Origin: Antechinus flavipes
Taxonomy: Eukaryota
Direction: 5' to 3'
DNA: 64,000 bases
Assembly (NCBI RefSeq): GCF_016432865.1
Contig: NC_067400.1
Location: 507,594,001-507,658,000 of the forward strand
A program made the position numbers and the translations under genes. The notes under the pieces are model-generated. The model made no database searches. It had not been told where the DNA came from and worked only from the letters and a program-made list of their open reading frames with translations. Shown piece after piece: positions 57,181 through 64,000 of this stretch (the first letter of the stretch is position 1; the number at the start of each line of letters is the position of its first letter).

Positions 57181-57322
57181 TAGGTCCTTATAATCAAAGC
57201 TATGGTTTTTCCAGTAGCAATGTCTACTAGTGAGAGTTGGATTACAAGGAAAGCTGAGTGCCATAGAATCAATAGTTTCAAATTGTGGTGCTGGAGAAGA
57301 ATTTTGAGTGTTCCTTGAACAG
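57181..57322 (+). mobile_element. RTE/BovB-like LINE fragment
   Basis: Translates VLIIKAMVFPVAMSTSESWITRKAECHRINSFKLWCWRRILSVP, matching the recalled BovB KAMVFPVVMYGCESW...LWCWRR. Confidence 0.8.
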
Positions 57323-57324
57323 TA

Positions 57325-57660
57325 TGCTTCAATCTGCATTCATACTCCATAGTTTTTCTCTGGATGTGGTCTGCATTTTCTTCCACAAGTCCTTCAGAAT
57401 TGTCTTGGATCATTGCATTGCTGAGAAGAGCTAAGCCTACCAGCTGATCATAACACAGTGCTGTTGTTCCACAATGTTATCCTTGTTCTGCTTGCTTCAC
57501 TCAGCATCAGTTCATTTAAATCTTTCCAGATTTTTCTGAAATCCACCTCCTCATCACTTCTTACAGAACAACAGTTTTCCATTACATTTATATACCACAA
57601 CTTGTTCAGCCATTCCCCTAGTTGATGGACATCCCCTCAATTTCCAATTCTTTGCCACCA
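57325..57660 (-). mobile_element. L1 3' fragment
   Basis: Antisense of the ORF2 C-terminus / 3'UTR junction. Confidence 0.65.
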
Positions 57661-57727
57661 CCAAAAAAAAAAAAGAGTCCTTTTCTTCTTTTTAATATAA
57701 CACTTTAAGTTAGTTTAGACATTTTCT

Positions 57728-57878
57728 TCTCATCAATGGCTTCTTAATTCTTTTTCACTTTCTGCCAGCTGAGTGGTATCGTCTATTTATCTAAGACTGT
57801 TGCTGTTTCTCCTGGCAAACTTAATTCCAGTTTTTGATTCATCCATCCCCGCATTTCACATGATGTATTCTGCATATT
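57728..57878 (-). mobile_element. RTE/BovB-like RT fragment
   Basis: YAEYIM*NAGMDESKTGIKFARRNSNSLR*IDDTTQLAESEKEL, a decayed BovB NLRYADDTT region. Confidence 0.8.
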
Positions 57879-58146
57879 GGGGCAAGGAACCTGGAGTCAG
57901 GAAGATGAGTTTTCCTGAATTCAAATTTGACCTCTGACACTTCTTAGCTGGGTGACCTTGGACAAATCAGTTAACCCTGTTTACCTCAGTAAGGAAAGAA
58001 ATGACAAACTACAAGAAAACACCAAGTGGGTTCACAGGGAATCAGACATGGCTGGAACAATTCAACAACAATTTTACATTTAAGTTAAGTAAGGGGACAA
58101 CATACAACCAAATCATACTTCTTTTCTTTTCTTTCTTTCTTTCTTT

Positions 58147-61100
58147 TTTTTTTTTTAATAATTATAACTTTTTATTGACAGAGCTCATGCCAACATTATC
58201 CCTTGCACTCACTTCTGTCCCGATTTTTCCCTTCCCTCCCTCCACCCCCTCCCCTAGATGGTAAGCAGTCCTATATATGTTAAATATGTTTCCGTGTATC
58301 CTAGACACAATATATGTGTGCAGAACTGAACAGTTCTCTTGTTGCACAGGGAGAATTGGATTCAGAAGGTAAAAGTAACCAGGGAAGAAAAACAAAATGC
58401 AAACAGTTTACATTCTGTTGGAATCTTTACTAACTGCTAACTTATTAGAGTTGATAGATTATTGATCTGATCTTACAAGAAGATGTTTTGGACCAGAACC
58501 TGAAACAAGGTACTAAGTAGAACTAATTGATACAATGCTTGTGTTTGCACCTTTACTCATTGTTGTTCACAAGTTTGGGAAATTTCAGGGTTTAGTATGA
58601 GATATCTGAATTCACACCTCCCTTGAAGCTCTTAGGGCCAGAGAGCACTATGAGAGAAAACCCATAATCCCATTCTCTCAGAAGTGTCATATATAAACCA
58701 GTGAAGAGTGATTCATTCAAGAATATTTTCCACTTGGCTGGCTGGTGGCAGTAGAAGAGTTTTCAGAGGAAGAAGCTACGAGTCGAGAGTTCAGTGAAGA
58801 TTGAGAAGGCTCTCTCAGAGGCAAGACACGTTCAATTTGGTGCTGGCTCTGGAGGCTGAAGAAAGCAGAGTCAGAGGCTGAAGGACAAAACCTTTGGATT
58901 TGGAGACATTCGGAGGGAGCTCTTGGAACCAAGCAGAGAGAGAGGGCCTCAACTAACTAGGCTACTTTGGAAGGAGAAAATAAACATTTGTATTTTTACC
59001 AGCTGGCTGTATTTGGGGTAATTATTGATCTGAACTGATACTAAGGCTGCCTCCAAGAAAACCTCCCCCGAGAAACCTGCTCTCTCCCCCAGAGAGAACT
59101 ATTCTACTTATTTAAAAGAAAAAGAACACCACACCATTAAGATAAAGAAGAAAAAGAACACAACAACATTCATTTCCCAGTGTTCTTTCTTTGGGTGTAG
59201 CTGCTTCTCTCCATCCTTGATTAATTGAAACTGAATTAGGTCTCTTTGTCAAAGAAATCCACTTCCATCAGAATACATCCTCATACAGTATCGTTGTTGA
59301 GGTATATAATGATCTCCTGGTTCTGCTCATTTCACTTAGCATCAGTTCATGTAAGTCTCTCCAAGCCTCTCTGTATTCATCCTGCTGGTAATTTCTTACA
59401 GAACAATAATATTCCATAACATTCATATACCATAATTTACCCAGCCATTCTCCAATTGATGGGCATCCATTCATTTTCCAGTTTCTAGCCACTACAAACA
59501 GGGCTGCCACAAACATTTTGGCACATACAGGTCCCTTTCCCTTCTTTAGTTTCTCTTTGGGATATAAGCCCAATAGAAACACTGCTGGATCAAAGGATAT
59601 GCACAGTTTGATAATTTTTTGGGCATAATTCCAGATTGCTTTCCAGAATGGTTGGATTCGTTCACAACTCCACCAGCAATGCATCAGTGTCCCAGTTTTC
59701 CCGCATCCCCTCCAACATTCATTATTATTTTTTCCTGTCATCTTAGCCAATATGACAGGTATGTAGTGATATCTCAGAGTTGTCTTAATTTGCATTTCTC
59801 TGATTAATAATGACTTGGAGCATCTTTTCATATGGCTAGAAATAGTTTCAATGTCATCATCTGAAAATTGTCTGTTCATATCCTTTGACCATTTATCAGT
59901 TGGAGGATGGCTTGATTTCTTATAAATTAGCATCAATTACCTATATATTTTGAAAATGAGCCTTTATCAGAACCTTTAACTGTGAAAATAGTTTCCTATT
60001 TTTGTTGCTTCCCTCCTAATCTTGTTTGCATTAGTTTTGTTTGTACAAAGGCTTTTTAATTTGATGTAATCAAAATTTTCTATTTTTGATCAATAATGAT
60101 CTCTAGTTCATCTTTGGTCACAAATCTCTTCCTCCTCCACAAGTTTGAGAGATAAACTATCCCATGTTCCTCTAATTTATTTATAATCTCGTTTTTTATG
60201 CCTAAATCATGGATCCATTTTGATCTTATCTTGGTATATGGTGTTAAGTGTGGGTCTCTGCCTAATTTCTGCCATACTAATTTCCAGTTATCCCAGCAGT
60301 TTTTGTCAAATAATGGATTCTTATCCCAAAAGTTAGGATCTTTGGGTTTGTCAAACACTAGATTGTTATAGTTGACTATTTTGTCTTGTGAACCTAACCT
60401 TTTCCACTGATCAGTTAATCTATTTCTTAGCCAATACCAAATGGTTTTGGTGACTGCTGCTTTATAATATAGTTTTAGATCAGGTACAGCTAGGCCACCT
60501 TCATTTGATTTTTTTTTTTCATGAATTCCCTTGAGATTCTCAACCTTTTGTTCTTCCATACGAGTTTTGTTGTTATTTTTTCTAGATCATTAAACTATTT
60601 TCTTGGGAGTCTGATTGGTATAGCACTAAATAAATAGATTAATTTAGGGAGTATTGTCATCTTTATTATATTCGCTCAGCCTATCCAAGAGCATTTAATA
60701 TTTTTCCAATTATTTAAATCTGATTTATTTGTGTGGAAAGTTTTTTTATAATTTTGCTCATATAATTCCTAACTTTCCTTTGGTAGATAGATTCCCAAAT
60801 ATTTTATGCTATCAACAGTTATTTTGAATGGAATTTCTCTTTGTATCTATTGCTGTTGGATTTTGTTGGTGATGTATAAAAATGCTGAGGATTTATGGGG
60901 ATTTATTTTGTATCCTGCAACTTTGCTAAACTTATGAATTATTTCTAATAGAAATTTCTAATTTTAGTAGAATCTCTGGGGTTCCCTAAGTATAACATCA
61001 TATCATCTGCAAAGAGTGATAGTTTGATTTCCTCATTACCTACTCTAATTCCTTTAATCTCTTTCTTGACTCTTATTGCCGAGGCTAGTGTTTCTAATAC

Positions 61101-61660
61101 AATATTGAATAATAATGGTGATAGTGGGCAACATTGCTTCACTCCAGATCTTACTGGGAAAGGTTCCAGTTTTTCCCCATTGCATATGATGCTTACTGAC
61201 GGTTTTAAATATATGCTCCTGACTATTTTAAGGAAAAGTCCATTTATTCCTATCCTCTCAAGTGTTTTTATTAGGAATGGATGTTGGATTTTATCAAATG
61301 CTTTTTCTGCATCTATTGAGATGATCATATGGTTTTTGTTAGTTTGGTTATTAATATAGTATATTAATATGCTAATGGTTTTTCTAATATTGAACCAGCC
61401 CTGCATTCCTGGTATAAATCCTACTTGGTCATAGTGTATTATCCTGGGGATGATTTTCTGTAATCTTTTTGCTAATATTTTATTTAAGATTTTAGCATCA
61501 ATATTCATTAGGGAGATTGATCTATAATTTTCTTTCTCTGTTTTCAATCTACCTGGTTTAAGTATCAGTACCAGGTCTGTGTCATAAAAGAAATTTGGTA
61601 GGACTCCTTCAATCCCTATTTTTAAAAATAATTTATATAGCATTGGAGTTAATTGTTCAC
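58147..61660 (-). mobile_element. 5'-truncated L1 (about 2.8 kb of L1 plus LTR insert), ORF2 broken
   Basis: RT fragment 60945-61643 ([34 protein letters not shown]); pieces 60080-60559 and 59268-59936 (CCHC region); 3'UTR and poly-T at about 58147. Confidence 0.93.
58416..59165 (+). mobile_element. Solo LTR (750 bp), 6-bp TSD
   Basis: TGTTG...CAACA termini; TSD acattc (58410-58415 / 59166-59171); TATAAA 58692-58697; AATAAA 58979-58984; removing it restores the L1 3'UTR. Confidence 0.88.
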
Positions 61661-63184
61661 TCTTATTTTGCTCACTCTGCAGCTAGGTGGCGCAATGGGT
61701 AGGGTACCAGATTTGGACGCTGAGCCCAGCTTGAGGCTTCCTCCCCTGACTGTGGTCAGTTCACTGAAACCTTTCTGACTAATTATCTGTGAAATAGAGA
61801 TAATCATCGCACTTACTTCGCAGGCTATTGTGAGGTTAAAATGAAAAAAGACTCACAAAGTCCTTTGTAAGCCTTAAAGAGCTGTGTACAAAGCTAGCTA
61901 TTATTAATAAATACTAGTATCCAGATTTTACTCTGGGTTCTTAAGGAAGCAGTTTTTTTCGCTAATTAAAGCTTCAAGCACTTGAGCCTTAATACTACTT
62001 TTTTGCAATCCAGCCAGCATCTGTCTAACCCAGAAAATTAGGGCAGAGAATTCCCTTCAAAGTCTAGCAAAGTACACAATACTAGTTCATAGCATCCATA
62101 TAGATTGTTTTTTACATTTTCCTTTTAAAAAGATACACCAGTGCTCTTTGTTTCATAGGTTGTACAAAGACAGGGGTGGAGATGGGGTGACATCCTGGGT
62201 ATGTCCTCTCAGTGTCAGGAGAAATTGAGGCCTCCCCTATGGCCAACTTATGGGAAATCATGGACAGGGAGTGGGCAGTAAGCTATATGGTTGGAGGAAA
62301 CATTCACCTTGATGGACTCATGGGATGCTTGAGTCTATGAGTGGTAATGTTCTTGGCTGCCCCTTGGGATCTGGGGTCACTTCATTCTGCTGCTCTGCAT
62401 ACCTTAGGTGCAGGTTAAAATAAGATCCAAATCTTTGTTTTCTACCTCTTCGTACATAGATAGCCCTGGGAGGTGACAGATCCCTCTTTCCATAACTCTC
62501 AGTTCTGCTGAACTGGTTCTCATGATAAACAGTGATAAGTTCTAGTCCTAGCCCCAGCCCCAGTTCCAATCTTCATCATATGCACAAATGGAAGTTGCCA
62601 AATACTTTCACAATGTGATTTGAGAATTCCCTCTCACAAATCATATCTCTAAGTAAACCTCCATTCCTTTCTACCTAACACACTACCTAATACCTAACAC
62701 AAATTTGTTTTTTAAATGGTCTTTGTTACCAAACTTGAGTATTTCAATATACAAAGAATAGAAAAAAAGATTGTGTATGGAACACTGACATTTTGAAGAA
62801 TATTGAAAATTCAACATAATTGTAACACAAGTGTCCTCATTCTTTGTATCCCCTTCTGAACTTTCTTCTCTGTATTTAAAAAAAAAAAGTTTCATTGATA
62901 TTCTTTTCTTTTCTTTTTTTATCTATACTATTATCACTATGTACCCCTCTCTCCAGAAGCCTTTCCCACTCTTGTGGAAAAGTAAAAGTATGGGCATGGT
63001 TTTCAGAAGGCCTACTTGTCTCACAGAAATTATTTCTCTTATATCTTAAGATGACATCAAGTTTTGAAATGTGAAAGTGCTCTACAAGTTTAAGGAATTA
63101 TTTGACTGTAAGACCATTAGGTATAAAAGTTTGGCATGATGGATATAATGAAAGAAGGAAACAAGCGTTTTAAAAAATTTGTTT

Positions 63185-63530
63185 TTCCAAATACATGCAA
63201 AGATATTTTTCAGCATTCACCTTTGCAAAACCTTGTGTTCCAACTTTTCCCCCACCCAAAAGAGCAAACAATCTGATATAGATTAAATATATATAATTCT
63301 TCTAAACATATTTCCATATTCATCATGCAAGAAATCAGAAAAATCAGATTAAAAGGGAAAAATGAGAAAGAAATAAAAAACAGACAAGAACAACAACAAA
63401 AAGGTGAAAATACTATGCTTTGATTCACATTCAGTCTACATAATTCTCTCTCTGGATGCAGATGACATGTTTCATCATGTCTATTGTAATGGCCTCATTG
63501 TTGAAAAAAACCAAGTCCATTACAGTGAGA
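63185..63530 (-). mobile_element. L1 3'UTR fragment
   Basis: Antisense of the older L1 3'UTR type. Confidence 0.6.
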
Positions 63531-63531
63531 C

Positions 63532-63790
63532 AAGCATTTATTAATAGAGCCTACTATGTGCCAGGCACTGTGTTAAGCACTTCACAAATATTGCCTATCT
63601 CATTTGATCCTCATAACAGTCTTGGGAGGTAGGTCCTTTTATTATTTCCATTTTATAGTTGAGGAAACTGAAATGCAGAGATTAAGTGACTTGTCCAGTG
63701 TCACAGAACTAGAAACTGTCTAAGACAAATTTGAATTCAGGTCTTTCTTATTCAAGGCCCAGTGTTCTATTCACTGTATCAACTAACTAC
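63532..63790 (-). mobile_element. Ancient MIR/CORE-SINE
   Basis: tactatgtgccaggcactgtg...catttgatcctca...gaggaaactga...aagtgacttg, also seen at about 15040-15180. Confidence 0.6.
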
Positions 63791-64000
63791 CTAAAGAGCA
63801 GGCCCTGAAGCCAGGAAGATCTGAGTTTAAACATTACCTTTTTCACTTGCTGGCTGTGTGAACCTGAATAAGTTACATCATACATCAATGTCCCCAAACA
63901 ACCCTGTTAAGACTGTAAAGTAGCAACACAGATGAAGATCTACATTCATAGGGGAAATACCGTGGGGGTATCCAAGTGAAATCACAGATGAATGAAATCC

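Noticed and set aside
59268-61643. L1 ORF2 as an active element
   Set aside because: Split into three ORFs by stops and frameshifts, 5'-truncated, and interrupted by an LTR.
62160-62570. Possible exon of the next syntenic gene (IL18 expected downstream)
   Set aside because: The frames I translated do not resemble IL18 or any protein I recognise; left uncalled.

Overview
Vertebrate genomic DNA, almost certainly from a marsupial and probably a dasyurid (inferred from WSINE1-like SINEs, marsupial-type L1 3' ends and BovB-like RTE relics). The window holds the conserved gene cluster syntenic with human 11q23.1: DLAT (+, 14 coding exons, 644 aa), PIH1D2 (-, 5 coding exons, 316 aa), NKAPD1/C11orf57 (+, 5 coding exons, 293 aa), TIMM8B (-, 2 exons, 83 aa) and SDHD (+, 4 exons, 160 aa). 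All five reconstruct by hand as intact frames with GT-AG introns. There are three CpG-island promoters, two of them bidirectional (PIH1D2/NKAPD1 and TIMM8B/SDHD). The last 13 kb is a retroelement graveyard with a 242-N assembly gap. I found no convincing wholly new biological system. The best leads are: (i) a cryptic SDHD donor that would open a 153-codon alternative frame ending in the last exon; (ii) a palindromic double RFX X-box on the PIH1D2 side of a shared promoter; (iii) three solo LTRs with exact target-site duplications, one of which could supply a terminal exon inside DLAT; (iv) a predicted NKAPD1/TIMM8B 3'UTR overlap; (v) several minimal retrotransposition scars. Gene names come from my recall of the orthologous proteins, not from a database search.
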